DNA of 64,000 nucleotides, from contig CAXNJO010000005.1 of assembly GCA_964202905.1 (NCBI GenBank), forward strand, positions 128,001-192,000. Direction: 5' to 3'. The first letter of the stretch is position 1. Each line of letters opens with the position of its first letter. The notes under the pieces are model-generated. The model saw nothing but the letters and a program-made list of their open reading frames with translations. It searched no databases and was not told the DNA's origin. The stretch comes from Polyangiales bacterium. GTDB lineage: Bacteria > Myxococcota_A > Polyangia > Polyangiales > JADJQN01. Shown piece by piece: positions 31,389 through 42,298 of the stretch. A program made the position numbers and the translations under genes.

Positions 31389-34300
31389 TCACCCGCGCGT
31401 CCGGCGCCGGCGCATGCGTGCGGCAAGCACGACGAGCGCGCTCAGCCAGGCGGCGACGAGCGCGCCATTCTCGTCGTGCGTGCCCGCACCCGCCGCGCGA
31501 CACCCGCAACCATCCTCGATCGGCGTCACCGTCGGGACCGACGCGTCGATCCCCGCATCGGGCACCTCCACCGCGCCGTCCACGTCGACGCCCGCGTCGT
31601 CCCCGACGGGCACGCCCGCGTCCGTCTCCGCCGCACAGCGCTCCGCACTCGTGCACGCGTCCGCCGAGGCAGCCGGCTCACCCGTGCCGAAGTCGCAGAG
31701 CTCGCCGTCGTCGACGACCCCGTCACCGCAGAACGCGCGCTTGCACGTCGTGCGGCACGCGCCCGTGTTGGTGTCGGAGTTGAGGTCGCCGTCGTCGCAC
31801 TCCTCGCCCGTGTCGAGGACGGAGTCGCCGCAGAACGCGCGCACGCAGCGCGCGCGACACGCATCGACCGCCGTGTCGGAGTTCGACCCCGCGTCGTCGC
31901 ACTCCTCGCCGGCGCTCGAGTCGATGAGGCCGTCCCCGCAGGTCGCGGCGCAGGTGCTCACCGTCAGCTCGGGCTCGAAGCACGCGTAGCCCGGCTCGAC
32001 CTCGCAGCGCTCGTTGCAGCCGTCGCCGGCGACGAGGTTCGCGTCGTCGCACAGCTCACCGACGCCGCGGATCCCGTTGCCGCAATTCGACGCGCAGGCC
32101 GCGTCGGGCGTGGGCCGCGCGAAGCCGGGCGCGCACTCGCACGTGAACGGCGCGCCGAGCACGTTCACGCAGATCTCACCGGATTCGCAGCGCCCGGTGC
32201 CGTCGGCGCACTCGTCGACGTCGGCGCAAGTCACGCCGCTGCCCTCGTAGCCCGGGTTGCACGCGCAGGCGTACGAGCCCGGCGTGTTGGTGCAGGCGGC
32301 GAGCAGCGAGCACTCGTTGAGCGACGTGCTCGCGCACTCGTCGACATCGGTGCACGCGTTGCCCGGGCCCTCGTAGCCCGCGTTGCACGTGCACGTGAAG
32401 CCGCCGTCGATGTTGGCGCACGCGGCGTTCGCGTCGCAGTCGTCCGTCCCGAGCGCGCACTCGTCGACGTCCGAGCAGGTGCCGCCGAAGCCGGGCGCCT
32501 CGTAGCCCGCCGGACACGAGCAGAAGTACTCGGTCGGCAGGCCCTGCACGCAGGTGCCGACGCCACACGGCAGCGGTCCGCACTCGTTGATGTCGATGCA
32601 GCGTCCCTCCTCCGCGAGGAAGCCCGCCGGGCACGTGCACGCGTAGGAGCCCGCGGTGTTCGCGCACGTGCCGGGGTCGCAGGGAGACCCGGCGCACTCG
32701 TCGACGTCGGCGCAGGCGCCGCCCGTCGCGGGCGCCGCGTAGCCCTCCAGGCACTCGCAGGCCCAGGTGCCGGGGAGGTTGGTGCAGGCCGCGCGCGCGT
32801 CCCCGCACGTCGTCGCCGTCGCGCACTCGTCGATGTCGTCGCACACGCCGCCCGTCGCGGGCGCCGCGTAGCCCTCGTTGCACGCGCACGCGTAGCTGCC
32901 CGCCGTGTTCGTGCAGCCCGCGCGCTCCGCGCCGCACGTCGTCGCGGTCGCGCACTCGTCGACATCGGTGCACGAGCCGCCGGAGGCCGGGGCCACGTAG
33001 CCGCCCGGGCAGGTGCAGACGTAGCTGCCGCCGACGTTCGCGCAGGCGCCGAGCCCGCAGGGCGCGCCCGCCGCGCACTCGTCTACGTCGGTGCACGCGC
33101 CACCCGAGGCCGGCGCCGTGTAGCCCGCCGCGCAGCCGCACACGTAACTGCCCGCCGTGTTCGTGCACGTCTCGCGCGCGTCCCCGCACGTCTCACTGAA
33201 TGCGCATTCATCGACGTCCGCGCACGCCCCGCCCGCGGCCGGCGCCGTGAAGCCCGCCGCGCAGCCGCACACGTAGCTGCCCGCCGTGTTCGTGCACGAG
33301 GAGCGGGCACTCCCGCACGTCGCGCTGAGCGCGCATTCATCGACGTCCGCGCACGCCCCGCCCGCGGCCGGCGCCGCGAAGCCCGCTGCGCATGCACAGA
33401 CGTAGCTGCCCGCCGTGTTCGTGCAGCCTGCGCGCTGTGGGCCGCAGGTCGCGGCGTTCGTGCACTCGTTCACGTCGCTGCACGTGCCGCCCGTCGCGGG
33501 TCCGGCGTAGCCGGCGGGACACGTGCAGGCGTACGAGCCCGCGAGGTTCGCGCAGGCGCCGAGGCCGCACGGCACGCCCGTCGTGCACTCGTTGGTGTCG
33601 ACACACGTCGCCGAGAGGCCGCTGCCCGAGGTCCGGTACCCGGCGCCGCACGCGCACGCGTAACCACCCACCGAGTTGGTGCACGTCCCCGCGCCCGCGG
33701 ACGCGCCGCAGGTCGTCGGCGTCACGCACTCGTCCACGTCCGCGCAGGAGGCGCTGAGTCCGCTGCCCGAGGCCGCGAAGCCCGCGCCGCAGCCGCACGT
33801 GTAGCCACCCGACGTGTCCGTGCACGCGTTGACCGCGCCGCCGGTGAGCAGGCGCCCGCAGCGCGAGTCGGTCGCGCACTCGTCGACGTTGACGCACGAC
33901 GCCGTCAGGCCGCTGCCCGACGCCTGGAAGCCCGCGCCGCACGCGCACGCATAGGACCCCGACGCGTCCGTGCAGGCGTTGACGACGCCGCCCGTGAGCA
34001 CGCGTCCGCACTGCGACGCCGTCGCGCACTCGTTCACGTTCACGCACGTCGCGGTCGCGCCAGTGCCCGAGAGCACGAAGCCCGCGCCGCAGCCGCACGT
34101 GTAGCCGCCCGACGTGTCCGTGCACGCGTTGACGGCGCCGCCCGCGAGCGTCCGGCCGCACTGGGACGCGGTCGTGCACTCATCGACGTTCACGCACGTG
34201 GCCGTCGCGCCGCTGCCCGAGAGCACGAAGCCCACGCCGCAGCCGCACGTGAAGCCGCCCGACGTATCCGTGCACGTGTTCACCGTGCCGCCGGTGAGCG

Positions 34301-37300
34301 CGCGCCCGCACTGCGACGCCGTCGCGCACTCGTTCACGTTCGCGCACGTCGCCGAGAGCCCGCTGCCCGAGAGCGAGAAGCCCGCCCCGCAGGTGCAGGT
34401 GTAACCGCCCGTCGTGTCGGCGCAGGCGTTCACGCCGCCGCCCGTGAGCGCGCGTCCACACTGCGACGCCGTCGCGCACTCGTTCACGTTCGTGCACGTC
34501 GCCGAGAGGCCGCTGCCCGAGGCGCCGAAGCCCGCCGCGCACGTGCACGTGTACCCGCCCGACGTCTCCGTGCACGCGTTCGACGTCGACACGTCGCGCC
34601 CGCACGTCGCGGCCGTCGCGCACTCCGCGATGTCCACACAACTCGCGCTGAGCCCGCTGCCCGACGCCTGGAATCCCGCGCCGCACGCGCACGTGAAGCC
34701 ACCCGAGGTGTCCGTGCAGGCGTTGACGGTGCCGCCCGTGAGCGCGCGTCCGCACTGCGACGCGGTCGCGCATTCGTTCACGTTCACGCACGTCGCGGAG
34801 AGCCCGCTCCCCGAGAGCACGAAGCCCGCGCCGCACGTGCACGTGTAGCCACCCGTCGCGTCCGCGCAGGCGTTGACGCCGCCGCCCGAGAGCGCGCGAC
34901 CGCACTGCGACGCCGTCGCGCACTCGTCGACGTTCACGCACGTCGCCGACGCGCCGCTGCCCGAGAGCACGTAGCCCGCGCCGCAGCTGCACGTGAAGCC
35001 GCCCACCGTGTCGGTGCAGGTGTTGGTCGCCGAGAGGTTCTTGCCGCACGCCGTCGTCGCGAGACACTCGTTCACGTCGCCGCACGAGGCGCTGAGCCCG
35101 CTGCCCGTCGGCAGATAGCCGCTGCCGCACGCGCACGCGTAACTGCCGACGGAGTTCGTGCAGCCGTTCGTCGCGGAGAGGTTCTGCCCGCACGTCGTCG
35201 AGGTCGCGCACTCGTTGACGTCACCGCAGTTCAGCGTCGCGCCGCTGCCCGTCGTCGCGTAGCCCGCGCCGCAGCCGCACGTGAACGCACCGACCGTGTT
35301 GGTGCAGGTGTTGAGCGGCGAGAGGTCCTTGCCGCACGCCGACGCAGAGCCGCACTCGTTGACGTCCACGCACGCGGCGGTGAGGCCGCTGCCCGCGGCG
35401 GTGAAGCCGGTCGCGCAGCCGCATGCATACCCACCCGCCGAGTTCGTGCAGGTGTTGCTCGCCGAGAGGTCACGGCCGCAGGTCGAGGCCGTCGCCGTGC
35501 ATTCGTTGATGTCCGCGCACGTCGCGCTCAGGCCGGAGCCAGAGGCCTGATAGCCGCCCGTGCAGCCGCACGCATACCCACCCACCGAGTTCGTGCACGT
35601 GTTGCTCGCCGAGAGGTTCTTGCCACATGCGCTCGCGGACGCGCACTCGTCCACGTCCACGCACGTCGCCGACGCGCCGCTGCCCGAGAGCACGTATCCG
35701 GCGCCGCAGCCGCACGTGAAGCCGCCCACCGTGTCGGTGCAGGTATTGGTGGCCGAGAGGTTCCTGCCGCACGCCGTCGTCGCGAGACACTCGTTCACGT
35801 CACCGCACGACGCGCTGAGCCCGCTGCCCGTGGGCAGATAACCGCTGCCGCACGCGCACACATAACTGCCGACGGAGTTCGTGCAGCCGTTCGTCGCGGA
35901 GAGGTTCTGCCCGCACGTCGACGGTCGTCGCGCACTCGTTGACGTCGCCGCAACTCAACGTCGTGCCGCTGCCCGTCGTCGTGTAACCGGCGCCGCACCC
36001 GCACGTGAACGCGCCCACGGTGTTGGTGCAGGAGTTGAGCGACGAGAGGTCCTTGCCGCACGCCGACGAGGAGCCGCACTCGTTCACGTCCACGCACGCG
36101 GCGGTGAGTCCGCTGCCCGCGCTCTGGAAGCCCGCTGCGCAGCCGCACGCATAGCCACCCACCGAGTTCGTGCAGGTGTTGGTCGCCGAGAGGTCACGGC
36201 CGCAGGTCGAGGCCGTCGCCGAGCATTCGTTGATGTCCGCGCAGGTCGCGCTGAGACCGGAGCCGGAGACTCTGGTACCCCGCCGTGCAACCGCACGCGT
36301 AGCCGCCCACGGAGTTCGTGCAGGTGTTGCTGGCGGAGAGGTTCTTGCCGCACGCCGTCGACGCCACGCACTCGTCGACGTCGACGCACGTCAGCGTGGC
36401 GCCGCTCCCCGACGACGCGTAGCCCCCCGCGCAGCCGCACGTGTAACCGCCGCTGTTGTTCGTGCACGTGTTCGACGCCGAGAGGCTCCGACCGCACGCG
36501 GAGGTCACCGCACACTCATCGACGTCGACGCAGGTCAACGAGGCGCCGCTCCCCGACGACGCGTAGCCCGAGCCGCAACCGCACGAGAAACCGCCCACGG
36601 TGTTCGTGCAGGTGTTGGTCGCGGAGAGGCTCTGCCCGCACGTCGTGGTCGTCGCGCACTCGTTGGTGTCGACGCACGTCGTGCCGTTGAAGTTGTAGCC
36701 GGTCGGACACGAGCAGCTGTACGAGCCGGTCGCGTTCGTGCAGGTGCCGAGTCCGCACACCGAGCCGCTCGAGCACTCGTTCACATCCACGCACGTCGTG
36801 CCGTTCGACGTGTAGCCCGCCGGGCACGAGCAGTTGTAGGAGCCGGCCGAGTTCGTGCAGGCGCCGACGCCGCACACCGAGCCGCTCGAGCACTCGTTGA
36901 CGTCCGTGCAACCCGTCCCGCCCGAGGCGACGGTGCGCCCGTTGCCCGTGTAGCCGGACGGGCACGCACAGGTGTAGCTCGTGGGCGTGTCCGTACAGAC
37001 CGCGACCGAGGGGACACACACGTTCATGCCCGTCGTGCACTCGTTCTCGACGACGCAGGTCGTGCCGTCGAAGCCATATCCGCTGCTGCACGAGCACGAG
37101 TAGCTGCCCGTGGCGTTCGTGCACGTGCCGTAGCCGAGGTTCGCCGCGCAGGTCGTCGACGTGCTGCACTCGTTCACATCACCGCAGCTCGCGCTGAGGC
37201 CGCTTCCCGTGCCTTGATAGCCGCTGCCGCAGGCGCACGTGTAGCCGCCGACCGTGTTCGTGCACGTGCCGTATCCGACGTTGACGTTGCAGGTCGCGAC

Positions 37301-40300
37301 GTTGCTGCACTCGTTGACGTCCGCGCAGGTGGCCGAGAGACCGCTGCCCGAGAGGACGAAACCCGAACCGCACGCGCACGTGTATCCGCCCGAGGTGTCG
37401 GTGCAGCCGTTGAGCGCGGAGAGGTTCTTGCCGCACGCAGAGGCCGATGCGCACTCATCCGCGTTGACGCACGTCGCCGAGAGGCCGCTGCCCGAGACCA
37501 CGAAGCCCGCGCCGCACGAGCACGCGTAGCCGCCCGACGTGTCGGTGCAACCGTTGACGCTCCCGCCCGAGAGCGTGCGGCCGCACTGCGCGGTGGTCGC
37601 GCACTCGTTCACGTTCACGCACGTCGCCGACAGCCCGCTGCCCGAGGCGACGTAGCCCGCGCCGCACGAGCACGTGTATCCGCCCGTCGTGTCCGTGCAG
37701 GTGTTGCCCGCGGAGAGGTCCTTGCCGCACGCCGTCGACGACGTGCACTCGTTCACGTTCGCGCACGTCTCGGTCGCGGTGCCGTTCCCGCTCACCGCGT
37801 AGCCGGCGGCGCAGGTGCAGTCGTAGCCGCCCGCGAGGTTCGCGCAGGTGTTGCTCGTCGAGAGGTCCTTGCCGCACGCGGTCGACGACGCGCATTCGTC
37901 GTTGTCCGCGCAGGACTCGCTCAGCGTGCCCGAGCCCGTCTCGGTGAAGCCCGAGCCGCACGCGCAGCCGTAGCCGCCGGAGCTGTTCGTGCAGACGTTG
38001 GACGCCGAGAGGTTCTTCGCGCAGGCCGTCGCAGGCGCGCACTCGTCGAGGTCCGCGCACGACGCCGAGAGCCCGGTGCCCGTCGCGCCGAAGCCCGCGC
38101 CGCACGTGCACGCGAACCCGCCCGACGTGTTGGTGCAGGCGTTCGCGCCCCCGCCCGCCAGGTCACGCCCGCACTGCGAGGTCGTGCCGCACTCGTTCAC
38201 GTCGACGCATGTCGCGCTGAGCCCGCTGCCCGAGAGCACGAAGCCCGCACCGCACGTGCAGGCGTAGCCGCCCGAGCTGTCCGAACAGCCGTTGACGCTG
38301 CCGCCCGTGAGCGTGCGGCCGCACTGCGAGGCGGTCGCGCACTCGTTCACGTTCACGCACGTCGCGGAGAGCCCGCTGCCCGAGGCGACGTAGCCCGCGC
38401 CGCACGCGCACGTGTATCCGCCCGTCGTGTCCGTACACGTGTTGTCCGCCGAGAGGTCCTTGCCGCACGCCGTCGACGACGTGCACTCGTTCACGTTCAC
38501 GCACGTCTCGGTCGCGGTGCCGTTGCCGCTCACCGTGTAGCCGGCCGCGCACGTGCAGTCGTAGGCGCCCGCCAGGTTCGCGCAGGTGTTGCTCGCGGAG
38601 AGGTTCTTTCCGCACGCGGTCGCCGACGCGCACTCGTCGTCGTCCGCGCACGTCTCGCTGAGCGTCCCCGAGCCCGTCTCCGTGAAGCCCGTGCCGCACG
38701 CGCAGCCGTAGCCCCCCGAGCCGTTCGTGCAGACGTTCGACGCCGAGAGGTTCTTCGCGCACGCCGTCGACGCCGCACACTCATCGACGTCCACGCACGT
38801 CGCGCTCAGCCCCGTGCCGGAGAGCGCGAAGCCCGCGCCGCACGTGCACAGATAGCCCCCGGAGCTATCCGAGCAGACGTTGACGCTCCCGCCCGTCAGC
38901 GTGCGTCCGCACCGCGAGGCCGTCCCGCACTCATCCACGTTCACGCACGTCGCGCTGAGACCGCTCCCGGAGGCCGTGAAGCCCGCGCCGCACGTGCACG
39001 CATAACCTCCGGAGCTGTCCGAGCAGGCGTTGACGCTCCCGCCCGTGAGCGTGCGGCCGCACTGCGAGGCCGTGCCGCACTCATCCACGCTCACGCACGT
39101 CGCGCTCAGCCCGGTTCCCGAAGACGTGAATCCCGCGCCGCACGTGCACGTGTATCCGCCGGTCGTGTCGCTGCAGGTGTTCGTGCCGGAGGCGCCGAGA
39201 TCCTTGCCGCATGCGGTCGCCGACGCGCACTCATCCACGTTCACGCACGTCTCGGTCGCCGTGCCGTTGCCGCTCACGGTGTAGCCCGCGGCGCACGTGC
39301 AGTCGTAGCCGCCGGCGGCGTTCGCGCAGGTGTTGCTCGCCGAGAGGTTCTTGCCGCACGCCGTGGACGCCGCGCACTCGTCCGTATCGACACACGTCTC
39401 GCTGAGCGTGCCCGAGCCCGTCTCGGTGAAGCCCGCCGCGCACGCGCAGCCGAAGCCGCCCGAGCTGTTCGTGCAGGTGTTGGAGGCCGAGAGATTCTTG
39501 CCGCACGCGGTCGCCGCGGCGCACTCGTCGAGGTCCGCGCACGACGCCGTCGCGCCGCTGCCCGTTGCGCCGAAGCCCGCGCCGCACGTGCACGTGAAGG
39601 AGCCCGACGTGTTCGAGCAGGCGTTCACGGTCCCGCCCGTCAGCGTGCGCCCGCACTGCGAGGCCGTCGTGCTGCACTCGTTCAAATCCGCGCACGACGC
39701 GGAGAGACCGCTCCCCGACGCCGCGAAGCCCGTCCCGCAGGTGCACGCGTAGCCGCCCGACGAGTCCGAACACGAGTTGAGCGCCGACAAATCCTTGCCG
39801 CACGCCGTCGACGACGTGCACTCGTTCACGTTCACGCACGTCGCCGTCAGGCCGCTGCCAGACGCCGTGTAGCCCGCGCTGCACGTGCACGAATACCCAC
39901 CTGACGAATCCGAACACGTGTTGAGCGCCGACAAATCCTTGCCGCACGCCGTCGACGACGCGCACTCGTTCACGTTCACGCACGTCGCCGTCAGTCCGCT
40001 CCCGGAGGCCGTGTAGCCCGCGCCGCACGTGCACGAAAACCCACCTGACGAATCCGAACACGTGTTGAGCGCCGACAAGTCCTTGCCGCACGCCGTCGAC
40101 GACGCGCACTCATCCACGTTCACGCACGTCGCGCTCAGCCCGCTTCCCGAAGACGTGAATCCCGCGCCGCACGTGCACGCGTAGCCGCCCGACGAGTCCG
40201 TGCAGGAGTTCACGCTCCCGCCCGTCAGCGTCCGACCGCACTGCGACGTCGTCCCGCACTCATCCACGTTCACGCACGTCGCGCTCAGCCCGCTTCCCGA

Positions 40301-42214
40301 AGACGTGAATCCCGCGCCGCACGTGCACGCGTAGCCGCCCGACGAGTCCGTGCAGGAGTTCACGCTCCCGCCCGTCAGCGTCCGACCGCACTGCGACGTC
40401 GTCCCGCACTCATCCACGTTCACGCACGTCGCGCTCAGCCCGCTTCCCGAAGACGTGAATCCCACGCCGCACGTGCACGCGTAGCCGCCCGACGAGTCCG
40501 TGCAGGAGTTCACGCTCCCGCCCGTCAGCGTCCGACCGCACTGCGACGTCGTCCCGCACTCATCCACGTTCACGCACGTCGCGCTCAGCCCGCTTCCCGA
40601 AGACGTGAATCCCGCGCCGCACGTGCACGCGTAGCCGCCCGACGAGTCCGTGCAGGAGTTCACGCTCCCGCCCGTCAGCGTCCGACCGCACTGCGACGTC
40701 GTCCCGCACTCATCCACGTTCACGCACGTCGCGCTCAGCCCGCTTCCCGAAGACGTGAATCCCGCGCCGCACGTGCACGCGTAGCCGCCCGACGAGTCCG
40801 TGCAGGAGTTCACGCTCCCGCCCGTCAGCGTCCGACCGCACTGCGACGTCGTCCCGCACTCATCCACGTTCACGCACGTCGCGCTCAGCCCGCTTCCCGA
40901 AGACGTGAATCCCGCGCCGCACGTGCACGCGTAGCCGCCCGACGAGTCCGTGCAGGAGTTCACGCTCCCGCCCGTCAGCGTCCGACCGCACTGCGACGTC
41001 GTCCCGCACTCATCCACGTTCACGCACGTCGCGCTCAGCCCGCTTCCCGAAGACGTGAATCCCGCGCCGCACGTGCACGCGTAGCCGCCCGTGCTGTTCG
41101 CGCAGGTGTTCGTGCCCGAGCTCCCGAGATTCTGACCACACGTCGAGGTGGTGCTGCACTCGTTGGTGTCCGCGCACGACTCGCTCAGCGTGCCGTTGTT
41201 CCTCACCGAAAAGCCGGCGCCGCACGTGCAGTCGTACGCCCCGCTCGAGTTCGTACAGCTGTTGACGCTGCCGCCCGTCAACGTGCGACCGCAGGTCGAG
41301 GAGGTCGAGCACTCGTTGTCGTCCGCGCACGACTCGCTCAGCGTGCCGCTGCCCGTCACCGAGAAGCCGGCGCCGCACGTGCAGTTATAGCTACCCGCGG
41401 AGTTCGTACAGGAGTTGGCGCTGCCGCCGGTCAACGAGCGACCGCAGGTCGAGGCGGTCGAACACTCGTTGATGTCCGTGCAACCGGTCGCGCCGCTGTC
41501 GGAGATGCCGTCGGAAAGGTGGTCGACGCGACCGTTGCCGGTGTAGCCCGCGTCGCACGAGCAATCGAAACCGAAATACCAGGAGCCCGTCGGCTCCCCG
41601 GACAGCGAGCTCTCAGCGTCGTCCTCCGCACAGTCCACGTAGCTCCCCGACGCGCAGTTCGTGAAGGCGAACGACGAGGAGGAGAGAACGGAGTCGAGGT
41701 AGCACTCGTTCGTGTCGTAGCTGGTGCTGCTGCCCGGGCGCGTGGAATAGGCCGTGTACGGGTCCGCGGTGCCCGGCGTCCACGACGAGCTCGTGTAGAC
41801 GAGCTCGTGCCAGTTGGGTTTGCCGTCGCTGTCGGAGTCCTCCGTGCGGAGCGCAGCGTCCCAGGAGAACGCGGTGTGGGTGCCCACCCCCGAGCGCGTC
41901 CAGGCGGTGCCGAAATCACTCCCGAAGATGTTCCAACACTTGCCGTACGAGTTCGTGACGGTGTCGTTGGCCGTGGTGCACGCCGTGGTGCCGGGGTCAG
42001 TGGCACAACAGTTCTCGCCCGCGCTGCAAGGCGGAGAGGGGCAGTTGCTGCCGCCGTAAGCGTTGTTGTGACAGGTCAGGCAACCATGCGTCGCGCCGTT
42101 CGGGACGTCGTCGAGGTAGAACGACCAGGCGGCCGCCCGCGACGCGAAGGCGCCCATCGCGAGCAGCGCGAGCGAACACCACAGCGAGAGTGTGTTGAGC
42201 CGAACCGACGACAT
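31389..42214 (-). CDS. Giant MYXO-CTERM surface protein 2: signal peptide, CxxCH temptin-like head, roughly 60-70 cbEGF repeats, DUF4215-like repeats (~3600 aa; single extra bases at ~36271 and ~35922)
   Basis: ORFs 36194..42220, 35800..36162 and 31389..35861 join after removing one base each; GGGGAG RBS before the ATG at 42214; head [22 protein letters not shown]; tail DGCGCRAAG..LVAAWLSALVVLAARMRRRRTRG. Confidence 0.88.
40105..41091. repeat. Almost perfect 150-bp (50-aa EGF) tandem array, ~6.6 copies
   Basis: cgcttcccgaagacgtgaat at 40141, 40291, 40441, 40591, 40741, 40891 and 41041; the only difference I saw is g>a at 40464 (Ala>Val). Confidence 0.95.
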
Positions 42215-42298
42215 GGTCACTCCCCCAGACGACGACGAGACGAACCCGGAACCTGCGAACTGAGACCCACGCCCCGCGCCGCGGAACGCGCGAGTCGC

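Noticed and set aside
40105..41091. 150-bp array as CRISPR or non-coding satellite
   Set aside because: No unique spacers; the unit is a multiple of 3 and encodes in-frame EGF modules.
26082..42214. Cys-rich stalks as a multihaem nanowire or metallothionein
   Set aside because: Stalk Cys follow the six-Cys cbEGF disulfide pattern with almost no His; I saw only one CxxCH per protein, in the head.
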